Assembly (NCBI GenBank): GCA_000165425.1
Contig: CT868318.1
Location: 1-64,000, forward strand
Direction: 5' to 3'
DNA: 64,000 nucleotides
Origin: Paramecium tetraurelia
Lineage: Eukaryota
Under the pieces are notes generated by a model that did not search any database, was not told the origin of the DNA, and worked only from the letters and a program-made list of their open reading frames with translations. The first letter of the stretch is position 1, and the number at the start of each line of letters is the position of its first letter. Below are positions 28,600 to 40,492 of the stretch, in pieces. Both the position numbers and the translations under genes were made by a program.

Positions 28600-29867
28600 A
28601 TGCAAACTAGAGAAAAATTAGGAGCGTAAGCAAAAAGAATGCTTAAAATACTCTCAGATTTCAAAGGTTAGATTATAGATGGTTACAAAGTAATGTTATG
28701 CAATAATTAGGTTATTCTAACCTGCAGAGATTTAGTGTTGCCTGATATAAAAAAGCTTATAGAGCTTCTATTCATATTTGAAGGCTTGGGATTTATTACT
28801 AGGATATCTAAAAAAAGATTTATATATTCTGGTTTAAAAGGGATGACTGCTCGAATTTTAGAGGGAGTAGAAATTGCATTAACACGAACTCAATATGATA
28901 GAGAGCATTGGCTTTTTTCAGAAGATTTCATCATTGAAAATAAAAAATATTCAATCAGATAAAGTGTCTACTTTGGATTATTTTATCAGGAAATTATTAC
29001 ATAAATTTTTAGCAATTAGGGTGAGATTTCTACTATTGACTAGGTCGAATGATTGCTAGAGATACAATCGAAAAATTGGTTGAGCAATTGTAATTGACTG
29101 CTAAAGAGCAAAGCAGTGCTCTAATTATAAATGAAATGGCTAGTATAATGACAAGTTTGAATCTTTTAGACAAGTATTTCTAATTTGTTATAATTCATAG
29201 GAGAAGTCCAGCTGATGCTTACGAAACATATCTGTGGATTGGACCAGACATTCTACATTAGTTTATGATTGAACAATTAAATCCGTATTCGCTTCAAGTA
29301 TGAAATAGCAACTAATAAGTTAAAAGAATAATTAACAAGTAAAGTGAAGTTAAATTTCGAGAAGGAATCCACTTATTTTTCGAATTTATTTAGAGATTTA
29401 GTGGAATTTTAGGTTTAGGATAATGAAGTGAAATTGCCCTTAGTAAACTTTCCAACTGCAGCATATGCACTATTAAAAGGAAAGCATATAACTTACTATA
29501 TAAAAAAACTAGCAATAATTATCGGCAGAGCTAATCAGACTAAGAATAGCAAATATGAATGGGACGTAGACTTAGCTTTAGATTTAGGGTAAAAGATTTC
29601 CAAATAGCATGCTGTCATTTCTTATAATATGGATAAAGAATTGTAATATTTAAAATATGAGAGTATAGTTTTGAAATAAGGTGCTTAAGCAATAAAAAAC
29701 CAATATATGTAGACTCAGTAACAATAACCTCTAAGGACAATCCCGTTATTTTGAAGCATAGATCTTCAATTCAAATTGGAAAGTTTATTCTTATGTTTTA
29801 TTTACCGAAATTGTAGTCTGAAATTTAAAACCAAGATGGCACAGAATAAAATATGGTTGTAGAATGA
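28600..29867 (+). CDS. Tandem E2F/DP-like winged-helix domains plus a C-terminal FHA domain
   Basis: ELLFIFEGLGFITRISKKRFIYSG and EMASIMTSLNLLDK...YLWIGP; FHA AYALLKG..YYIKK..IIGR...VDLAL..KISKQHAVISYN... Confidence 0.8.
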
Positions 29868-30344
29868 GAATTGATATGTTGTTTGTAACAATTTCAATTA
29901 AATTTATTATTTTATATAATGCAAAATGCAGTTTGAATTTTGCTAGTTTTGATTTAACATTGAATAAATATTTGAATGAAAGCACTAATAAACATTATTC
30001 CAGTTATAAGCATTTCATTATGAAATATCCTTATGATTAAGTATAAATGTTTTATTATGTTTTCTATTGAGTTTTTAATTATAAATAATCTGAAGCTAAA
30101 ATAAAAATTGATTTTAGTGATAAATAGGTAATCTTTAATCTATAAGAGAGTAATTAGTATTAAAAAGACCCATTAATTGAAATATCTTAATTTCAAAATA
30201 CCTAATTATTGTAGATAATTTTTGTATGTTCATGTTATATTAGCTTCGTAATATTTGGATTAACTTTTGATTCTTGACAACTGCTCATAGCTAATTATTA
30301 TTTTATTTTAAAGAAGTTTTTGGCGCTTTCTAGAGGTATAATGA

Positions 30345-33237
30345 ATGGCTCATAAGTTTGATAGGGAAATGTACAACATCGATCCTTGTATGAAAAGAAG
30401 AAAATAAACAAGAGTTCGCAAGCAATTAGTTAAAGCGAATTTGCAAGATGAAAGTGAAGAAAATTGCTTAATTGAGGTATAATAGAAAGTCACAAAAAAA
30501 TATCAAAATTATTTGCATACTCTAAGAAAAATGGGTGATTTTGATTGGACTGATATAGAAAATACAAATAACTCCAAAGTTATTTATCCAAGTACTCTTT
30601 TTCTTATATCAAGTCCAATTTTTGCAAGCATCCACTCTCTAATTTATGATTGCAGCACTCTATTTCAATTGCGATCAAGAGTATCTCTAATAATGTCTGC
30701 ATGAAATTGAGAAAATATTGAAGAAAAATGAATCAATATATGGGACTTAAATATAAGAGTAAATAATCTTTTGATTTAATTAGTGATTGCAAAAAATAGA
30801 AAAATAAAAAAGGGTATGATGTGAATGATGATATCTTCATTTTAGAAATGAGAAACTTAGGTTAAAAAGACTTAGATGATCTAATTACAACCTAAGAGTA
30901 CTATCAATAAATATGATTAGAATTGACTTAGAACAAATAGCAAAATAAAATGAAGAAAATTTGCAATAGTATACCACTCTGTTGCCCACAGTTAAATAGC
31001 ATTTAAAAACAGATTAACAAAATAATCTTTTGAGGGATATAGCAGGGCTTACAGAAGCTGAAAAACAATATATAGAAAAAACAGAAATGAAAATCTAAGC
31101 AGATGAATAAAATGTAGTTGTGTAAGAGACTGGAAAAAAAACATAAGGAGGAGGAATTCACTTATAACCAAATTTAGATGATGCATTGTGTTAAGTTTGC
31201 AATGATGGAGATTATACTGATGATAATCTCATTGTCTTTTGTTCTAAATGCAATATATCTGTACATTAAAAATGTTATTTAATTGATATAATACCAAATG
31301 AAGATTGGATATGTGATGTTTGTTAAACATTTGGACCAAATGGACAATATTTAAGATGTGCTTTGTGCCCTAAATTAGGTGGGGCTATGAAAGCTACTTA
31401 AATAGATGCATCATAGCTCTTACACCTTAAATTCAACCTATTTTGAATCTTAAGGTGAAACCATGATGAAGAATGACTTTGTCTCTAAATTATGTAATAA
31501 TATGCATTAAATCAAGTTTAATAAATTGATGATGACTAAGAACTCTATTATGATTTTGGGAAATTACCAAATAGAGATATTCGTGATTTAGAAAATAATA
31601 AGGAAATTAAAGAACCATAGCCATAAAAAGTTTGGATTCATTTATCTTGTTTTTATTGGTCTCCAGAATGTTTCTTAGATGAAAAATAAGACATTCTGAG
31701 AGGAGTTGATAATATTAATGCCAAAAGATTTGCTCTCAACTGCAGCATTTGTAATATTAAGAAGGCAGGAATGTGCATATAATGCGCCAGAGGTAGCTGT
31801 GCTACTTCTTTTCACGTTGAATGTGCCAGACGATCTGGAATATTCTTGACTTAAACTGTTATCAATAATAAACCGGATTATTAAATATTCTGCTTAAAAC
31901 ATGTTCCCCTTAAAGTTAAGAGAATTCTAGAATCAAAGCAAAGGTTATATGAAAGAGAAATAATTGATTTCTTTAGAGCGTATGAAAAGTGTAGATAAGT
32001 GCATAAAAAGAGTGTTTAAAAGCCAAAAAAGTTAAAAACAAACAAAGAGTAAAAGTAAAAATAAGAAAATCAGGAACACACAGAGAATGAATTCGATTTA
32101 ATAGATTTTGCAAATAAATTAAAGGAGTTTATAAATTAGATTACTGATTAATAACTTATTGTCAATCTAAAATTAGAGCAGGGATAGTATGCTATCGAAT
32201 CCATTTCAGGACCTGTCCTCAAACCATAAAAATAGTATAAGCTCACAATTTTACCAGAGGTTTATTAAAATAAAGTTGATGCAAATGGCTTACTAGTTAC
32301 ATAATTTTATAAAAGCACTATTACTGCAACAGATGAATTGTGGAAGCATTTTAAGTATAGAGATTATGAGAAAGATATAACATATAAGATGTATGAGAAA
32401 TTAAGAAGAAGGGCAAGCAAATATATGTAAGAAATAAATCCTTAAAAAAAACAAGCTAAACTTATAGATATCCTAATGCTAAAAAAATATAAAAAGAATA
32501 ATAAAGCTGAATTAAAAAGGGAAATTATTATTGAATAAGTGGGAGATGAATTTTTCTAAAGAGATGATAATTTATATTGTGTATGCAGAGGGAAATTTAA
32601 AGACGGGGATCCTATGATTTGTTGTGAAGGGTGTGATGAATGGTTTCATTTTGATTGCTTAGAAATGACAATACCATTTGAAGAAGCTTCTTAAATTGAA
32701 TTTAAATGCTTCTTATGTGTTGATGATTTACCTCAAAATGAAAGAGTACCAATCCGTAACATTTAATCAAAGATCTTTAAAGATTCCTCTTTTAAATTAC
32801 AAAGAGAATTAGCAGAGAAATGTAAATTGGATGAGTTAAGAAGATTAAGATTGAAAGATATGTATGAAAATAAATTAAAGGAGGAATAACATTTTGATAT
32901 CGATAATCACCAGATTCAACCAGATAACAATGCTTTGATAGAAGATTAAAATAATCAGGAAAAGCAATGCTTCTAGGAAGAGTTAAATATTTCTGTAGAT
33001 AATTAATTTCAAATCAATAATCAGACATTTTATAAGGATTAAATTCAAATTGAAATATAATTGGATGGAAATGAGAAAAATAAGAAGAGCGATGATCATG
33101 TAAAAACACCAAGCAAAACAGAATCTGTTGAAGATTAAGAAAATCATAAATTAGAAGTTCCAGAAACTTAAGAAAAAGTCAACAATAATAAATTTAAACA
33201 AAAATCAATTAGAGACTATTTCTAAAAGTTAAAGTGA
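30345..33237 (+). CDS. PZP (PHD-Zn knuckle-PHD) plus an extra PHD chromatin reader (JADE/BRPF/AF10/Nto1-like); apparent +1 frameshift near 31415-31446
   Basis: CQVCNDGD...IVFCSKCNISVHQKCY...WICDVC, CALCPKLGGAMK, WIHLSC, CIQCARGSCATSFHVECA and YCVCR...MICCEGCDEWFHFDC. Confidence 0.9.
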
Positions 33238-33248
33238 TTATATTTAAT

Positions 33249-33461
33249 TCACATTATGGCACAGCAAGTATCTCCTCTTCTCCATTCAACATAAGGGCGA
33301 GTAACAAAGTTTGGCTAGCCTTTTAATCTCCAGACATCATTTCTTGATTTTTGCAAAATGTGATTTCTTATTTCTTCTAAAAATTAATCTTTTTTGCTTA
33401 TTTAAAGATGTGGACTGCTAAAATCATTTATGTTTATATCCTTCCCTTAATGATAAGACAT
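33249..33461 (-). CDS. 70-aa CaaX-terminated microprotein
   Basis: MSYHQGKDININDFSSPHLQISKKDQFLEEIRNHILQKSRNDVWRLKGQPNFVTRPYVEWRRGDTCCAIM-TGA. Confidence 0.7.
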
Positions 33462-33465
33462 TTAC

Positions 33466-33467
<2 letters not shown>

Positions 33468-33527
<60 letters not shown>
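33468..33527. repeat. (AAT)20 microsatellite
   Basis: 60 nt of perfect AAT units. Confidence 0.95.
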
Positions 33528-33529
<2 letters not shown>

Positions 33530-34165
33530 TTATTATTAATACATCTTATTTTGAGTTTCTATAATTCTTACAAATAAAGAGAATGAATCTCAAAAGTTAT
33601 TTGTATTATGTGAAAGTACTAAGATAAAATTTTACTATTCCTTTGATTTATTAGTTAATTGAAAATATTATTTACTATATGGCAAAATAACAACATTGAA
33701 TCTCATGAATCTATATGTAATGAGTCTTTAAAGAAGAAGACTTAGTTTAAATTGAAAATCTTCCTTTATTCCCCAATATCTATATAAAATGAGTTGCTTC
33801 TATTTTTGGCATTTTAAGTATCTTTTTATATGACATCTATATATTTTAGAATATTGATTCTTTTTGGGTAGGGAGGACTTTGTATGGATTTTTTGAATCG
33901 TTGTAGAGTAAGAACTTGGATGAACTTTCATATTGTTGAAGATTAATTTCTAGCTTCTGATTTAAAATAAATAAGTAAGAGTTGATTTTGAAGTGCTAAT
34001 ATTTCAAAGATCAAATAGATCTGCTATTTAATCCATAATTGGGCATTAGTTTTAGAAAAAATACTTCAATTTAAATCCGTTTTTCAATTAAATTTCGTTT
34101 TTACCAAGCAAAAATCTCACTACAAAAGTTGCTAACATGCTTTGAGAAGGTACTTATTAATAAAA

Positions 34166-35218
34166 ATGAAAGTCACAATTACATTGTTAGTTGTCTTAGC
34201 TCTTGCTAATGCTGGTATGGTGCAAAAGTTCCCACTTACATATGGTGGCAAAAGAAGCCTCATGAACATCATGGTTGAAGTTGAAAACAAGATTAAATCT
34301 CATTCACCTCTTGACACAATCAAAGGAGTTCTTGATAACTTCAAATCAGCAGTTGCTTAAGAATAAGGAACTCATGATGAAGTCTATACTGCCCAATTAG
34401 CTGAATGCGAAAGTGAAATATCCTACAGAAGGGCCGAAGTTGAAGACTCTGTTGGCACACTCAAAATCGCCAATGGTATTCTCAAGACTTCAAATATCTT
34501 ATTGACCAAGACTTAAGCAACACTTGGAGAAACTGAAAATATATTAAATTCTGTATCCCTCCATATTGATCTTATCAATGATGTCAGAAAAGAAGATACA
34601 TAATCTTACAATAGAGGAGCTGTTACATTCAACGATGCTATCAATGCTATCGATGATGGAATCGATCTTGGTGTTGCTTTGGTCAAAGGTGAAGCTAGCT
34701 TAATCCAAGTAGCTGATATGACCACCAAATTGATGATGGCTTCAGTTGCCACAAAGATGAACAAGGCTTTCATGGCCCCATTAGCTGCTTTAGCTTCCAT
34801 CAAATAAGAAGAAGATGCTGCAGGTGCTGCTGAAAGACTCGTCTAATTATTATAAACTTTAAGATCTAATGTTGAAGAAGCTTGGGCATCATACACCACT
34901 GAAAATACCAAAGCTTTAGCTCTTTTCACCCAATAAAAGGATTTATATCTTGCTACTTAAGGAAGACTTTCAGATTCAAAAGATAAATTGGTTATTAAGG
35001 CTGAAAACTTACAAGGTGTCATCTCAGTTCAAACTGCCATTGCTTAGGCCGCTACAAACAAGAAACAAAGAAACCAAACCTTATGGGATGATGCAGCTGA
35101 TTTGTGCCACAGCTTTGATGTTGAATATGAGGCTGTTACCGAAGGAAGAAGATAAGAATTAATTTTGGTTTAAGAACTAGAGAGAGCTGTTGAGAGAAGA
35201 GCCGCTGAATAAATATGA
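34166..35218 (+). CDS. Trichocyst matrix protein-like precursor, copy 1 (350 aa)
   Basis: Signal peptide MKVTITLLVVLALANA; SPLDTIKGVLDNFKSAVAQEQGTHDEVY..ECESEI; Ala/Glu/Gln-rich helical; intronless with strong codon bias. Confidence 0.85.
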
Positions 35219-36079
35219 GATATAAAATAATTTAAGATATTACAATTTTTTTATGTATCTTTTCAACTTTATATATTTATATATATATTGTAAATATTTA
35301 TAACTATTGTTTAAATCGTTTTCGAAGAACAAAAAAAAAAAATACATATGGAAAAATTAGAATGTTCTATTTGATTTTATTGAATGATTAGAAAATTAGT
35401 TAAAACAAAATAATCAAATTTGTATAAAATTACACCTTCTAAAAGGAATATCATAATACTTAAAAGTGTTAAATTTATAAAAAATGCGAAAGTGTAGGTA
35501 TTTAAATCATATTTGTTTGACCTTTTTTAATAGAAGTTCACAAATTTAAATAACAATTCAATTAAATTATTTTCATATTTTTTAATGTTGCTAATGAAAA
35601 TTGAAAAATATATATATATTAAGCATTCATTTTACAATTGATAATAGCCTTACAACGAAATTTTTGAGTTTTTGTTTTCAAAAACAATTTTCTATATAAA
35701 ATTATTTGTTAATAAGGTAATTTGAAACTAATGAATAAACCTTCTTTGATTGTTCTATGTTTTGAGATGAAATATATAATAATAATCTCAATTAAGATTA
35801 CTAATTATTGAATCATTAATTTTATTCAAACTATCGCAAGGAAAATATTTAACTTCTATTTGAGGAGCTAAATTTATATATCCCTTATATCAAGTTGTAT
35901 TGTTCAAACGCCATTGAAAAACAATAATTTGAAGAAATTTATAAATAACTCGTTATATACAGTTATTATAGATTAATATTAAATGACTTAATAAAAAAAT
36001 TGAGTACCCGTTTTTCAATAGATACACTATTTGGGCCTATAAAAAGCAAATTAGAGTTGACTAGCAATAAATAATTTTA

Positions 36080-37133
36080 ATGAAAGTCACAATTACATTG
36101 TTAGTTGTCTTAGCTCTTGCTAATGCTGGTATGGTGCAAAAATTCCCACTTACTTATGGTGGCAAAAGAAGCATCATGAACATCATGGTTGAAGTTGAAA
36201 ACAAGATTAAAGCACACTCCCCACTTGATACAATCAAGGGAGTACTTGATAACTTCAAATCTGCAGTCGCCTCAGAATAAGGAACACACGATGAAGTCTA
36301 TGGAGCTTAAAAGGCTGAATGCGAAAGCGAAATTGCTTACAGAAGAGCTGAAGTTGAAGATGCTACTGGCACACTCAAAATCGCCAATGGTAATTCTCAA
36401 GACCTCAAATATCTTATTAAAGAAAACTTAAGCCACAATTGGAGAAACCGAAAATATCTTGAACACTGTGTCATTACACATTGGACTCATTAACGATGCC
36501 AGAAAGGAAGACACATAATCATACAACAGAGGTGCCGTTACATTCAATGATGCTATTAACGCCATCGATGACTCCCTTGATTTGGCTGCCGCATTAGCTA
36601 AAGGAAAAGCCAGTTTGATCTAAGTTGCTGACATGACAACCAAATTGATGAAGTCTTCAGTTGCCACAAAAATGAACAAGGCTTTCATGGCCCCATTGGC
36701 TGCTTTGGCTTAAATCACATAAGAAGACGATGCTGCAGGTGCCGCTGAAAGACTTGCCTAATTATTGTAAACCTTAAGAACCAACGTTGAAGAAGCTTGG
36801 GCATCATACACCGCTGAAAACACCAATGCTTTGGCTCTTTTCACCTAATAAAAGGATTTATACCTTGCCTCATAAGCCAGACTTGATGCCTCAAAGGGAA
36901 GATTATCAAATAAGGCTGAAAACTTATAAGGAGTCATCTCAGTCTAAACCGCCGTTGCTTAAGCCGCCTCAAACAAGAAGCAAAGAAACCAAACCTTATG
37001 GGACGATGCTGCTGATTTGTGCCACAGCTTCGACGTTGAATATTAAGCCGTCACTGCAGGAAGAAGATAAGAATTAGTCTTGGTCTAAGAATTGGAAAGA
37101 TTAGCTGAAAGAAGAGCTGCTGAATAATAATGA
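36080..37133 (+). CDS. Trichocyst matrix protein-like precursor, copy 2 (1-nt insertion at ~36392; sequencing error or young pseudogene)
   Basis: Colinear paralog of copy 1, 1054 vs 1053 nt; ggtAattctc vs ggtattctc. Confidence 0.82.
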
Positions 37134-37546
37134 GATATTATTAAAATATTTCCAAATTAAATTCAATTTCTATTTTCTAAAGGCTACTCTATCAGATTCA
37201 AATTCTCTACATTATTCAAATCAGTCCTTATGATATTTACCAATCAAAATAGAAGAATATTTTTTTTCTAGATTAATCTATATTTTTGGATCAATTGATT
37301 GATTGCCTATAACTATCAGAACTTAACTTATTTAACCCCTATTAATTAAGCTTTTGAAGGTCTGTTTCAAATCAAATCATCATTACTTTGTTTAATATAT
37401 ATTAATATATAATCTTTTCTATAAAATAAATGACATTTAATGAACTGATAATCTAACTTAATTGCCAAGTTGAAAATAGAAACAAATGAGATTGGATGGA
37501 TCATAAATATGATAAAATACAATTATTTTAAATAATAAGTATATTA

Positions 37547-38194
37547 TCAGGAAAATTCAAGGCTATCGTTAGTTGTGGATGATAATTTTTAGTCGTCTCT
37601 GAGCATTTTTTCTAATTTCATAATTCTCTAAAGGATGACTTCATTTTTCTAGCATAGTGATAAGTTTATACTTATTAAGATATCTAAAGCTCTTATCGGG
37701 ATTTATGAATTTCAATTATGAGCATCATGTTTACATTTTAAATCTCTGCCTGTTATACTTTCATTTATTCTAATTCTTTTTCCAACCTTTAAATTTGAAG
37801 ACTCTGGCTATGTGTATGTCTTATTGGTTGTTTGTTGGCTTGTTGTTGTTGACTGCCGCATTTTCTGTGTTTTGGTTTCGCATCCTTGGTGGAAGGTGTA
37901 GCTAACAGCATAAATACAAGTAATACAGCTGCACTCGGTAATGGTACTAAGATCTAATGATTATTTTGGTTTAAATTTCATCTAACCAAAATTAAACATT
38001 GCATTGAATAACCCATAATTTTGATCATCCAGTTTTTCAACTATCTAATGAGGGAGAATCGGCTGCTGCTAAATTTTTTTAATGATTTCCTTTGTTTCAT
38101 TAGTATCGTTGTCGTCATCTTAAACTAGAAATTCTGTTTATATGGGAAAGTAGTTGCCACTAGATTTCGTTCTTCGATGATGGTTGTTTTTCAT
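37547..38194 (-). CDS. Hypothetical coiled-coil protein
   Basis: MKNNHHRRTKSSGNYF...QRLEKELEQMKVQQAEIQ; tiny introns; exon model approximate. Confidence 0.6.
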
Positions 38195-38376
38195 ATTATT
38201 TAGTATAAATATTTTAAAATTTAATCTGTCAATTTAATAATGCAAATACATTTGTTGGATCCTAAATCAGATCAATGTTTTGATGGTTTGCTTTTAACTT
38301 CTTGACACTATTATTACTGAAAAATAATATATATAAATTATATTTAGATAAGGAATGTTATTAAATTAAATATTAA

Positions 38377-39256
38377 ATGATTGATTTCGATCCATCTACA
38401 TTTGGCTTAGCTCACACCTATTAAAAGGAGGACAAGGATGAAATCAACACATTAGCTTTGCCATCCGCACCATAAGTAATTTATAGAACTTTGAATGGCC
38501 CAACTTAAACAAATGGAGGAAATAAATTAAATAATTTTCAAACATGGAACAACAACCTTAGGATTTGTATTTAAGGAGGGAATCTTATTAGCTGTTGATT
38601 CAAGAGCCAGCATGGGAAGTTTCTTGAGCAGTGAATAAGTAAGAAAAGTAATTGAAATTAATGAATACTTATTGGGTATTTTAGAAATTTAACATTCTTT
38701 AAGGTACTATGGCTGGTGGTGCAGCTGATTGTCAATATTGGCTAGCCTATTTAGCAAATCATTGCAGAACATATGAATTAAAAAATGGAAGTAAATTAAG
38801 TGTTGCTGCAGCTTCGAAATTCTTATAAGGAATTTTGATAGGTTACAGAAATTCTGGTCTCTCAATGGGATGTATGATTGCAGGAACGGATACAACTGGA
38901 TAGCATTTATATTATATTGATAATGATGGCATGAGATTGAAGGGCGACATCTTTTCTGTGGGTAGTGGTAGCACGTATGCATATGGTGTATTGGATAATC
39001 ATTATAGATATGATTTATCTTTGAATGAAGCTGTAGAATTAGGAGTTAGAGCAATCTATCATGCAACTCATAGGGACACAGCGTCTGGTGGAGTAGTTAG
39101 AGGTAATAAGTCCTCATTTACATAGTTTATCACATTCATAAGGATGGATGGACTAAAGTTCATGATGGCATCGATGTTGTAGATTTACATTATAAATTTG
39201 CTTAACAAAAAGGACTTGTAGGAGATGGAGATGAGGCAAAGTAGAGATTGTTTTGA
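38377..39256 (+). CDS. PSMB5: 20S proteasome subunit beta5 (apparent +1 base in the propeptide, ~38535)
   Basis: [52 protein letters not shown] and [11 protein letters not shown]; introns of 28 nt (38676-38703) and 23 nt. Confidence 0.96.
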
Positions 39257-39417
39257 TATTAAATACATAATATTAATATTAATAATTGATGAGAAACTTC
39301 TACAGTAAGTGAATAATCAAAAAGTCTAAGACTAAAACTATGATTAAGATATTAAGTTTTAATCAATATATAATAAATAACATTTACTATTAAATTTATA
39401 ATGAAATCGAGATCGAA

Positions 39418-40491
39418 ATGTCTACAATATATTAAATGAATTAACAAATATTAAAAAAAATGGGGATAACAGAATTTGATTTGCAACCTCTTAAATAAAT
39501 CAAAGTGCCAGCTGAGTATGAGAACGATGTATAATTTTACACTGAAGCAATAATGAAGCAGCATGAAAAAAAGAGACAAAGATTATTAATCGAATACAAT
39601 GAATTATTAAATTTCAAATAAGTTGAAAGCCCTAAAGACCCAAAATCTACTGTTTAATTTGAGAAATAATTGGATGTTGAGAATTCTAAAATAAACGAAA
39701 AGTTGATTAAGGTAAAAAAGATATCTTAAGAGCTACGTGAACAATAATTGTTATTATACTCTCAAAAAGAATAATTAATAGAATCTCGTCGAAAATAAAT
39801 TAGTAGTGAAAGAGAGTTTAGAGCATACCAAAAAGAAATTTTAGAAACATCTCGAATGGAATAAGTTTATCGAAATAGAGCGAAGATATAAAGATTGGAA
39901 TAAGACAAATAACAAAAGCGCAAAATGAGTTATGATGCCAGATTATAAAAGCTGTAATTATATAAACAAGCTCATTTATCAACTCCCAGAAAATCTAGGC
40001 TTTACGAAACTATTGCTCGACATTAAAAAAGTGTTGAGGATAGAAAATTATAAGATAAGGAAAGGCTAAGAAAACTAGAAGAAAGTTTAGAAAAAGCCAA
40101 TTCAAAGAAATCCTCAAATATCATAGAAATAAAAAGAAAAGGTTTGCTTGAAAAACTAAAACTTGAAGATGTACTTTTTAATAGAGAAAGATAATGGCAT
40201 GCAAAATAAAGTCGATTGCTGGAAAAGCTGCAAATAAAAACTGAGGTAGTGAGACTTAATTAGAGTGAACCTAAAAAAAAGCCATATCCCTTTCCAAAAT
40301 TTCTCTCTCACAAGGATCAAAGAAAAGAAAATTCTATTTATATAACTCGTTTTGCCTCTGAAATTGTAGATTCAGTTGAAATAGATAATATCCATGACTT
40401 AGAGACTAAACTACTAGAGTTGTGCTCGGCCTAAGACAAAGTACAAACAGATTAATTTGTTAAAACTAATTATTTGTTTTTATATAACTGA
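39418..40491 (+). CDS. Hypothetical charged coiled-coil protein (ends uncertain)
   Basis: Long code-6 frame KKMGITEFDLQP...HEKKRQRLL..., rich in K/E/Q/R. Confidence 0.65.
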
Positions 40492-40492
40492 T

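Noticed and set aside
31444..31490. Selenocysteine or TGA readthrough restoring the PZP frame 0
   Set aside because: It would need three TGAs in a non-conserved linker, and no SECIS was identified.
33530..34050. Possible additional minus-strand gene
   Set aside because: No convincing ATG-to-TGA model with a recognisable product; may be a relic.
34166..37133. 1-kb direct repeats as LTRs or a mobile element
   Set aside because: Both are protein-coding paralogs with synonymous divergence; no transposase, RT or TIRs were seen.
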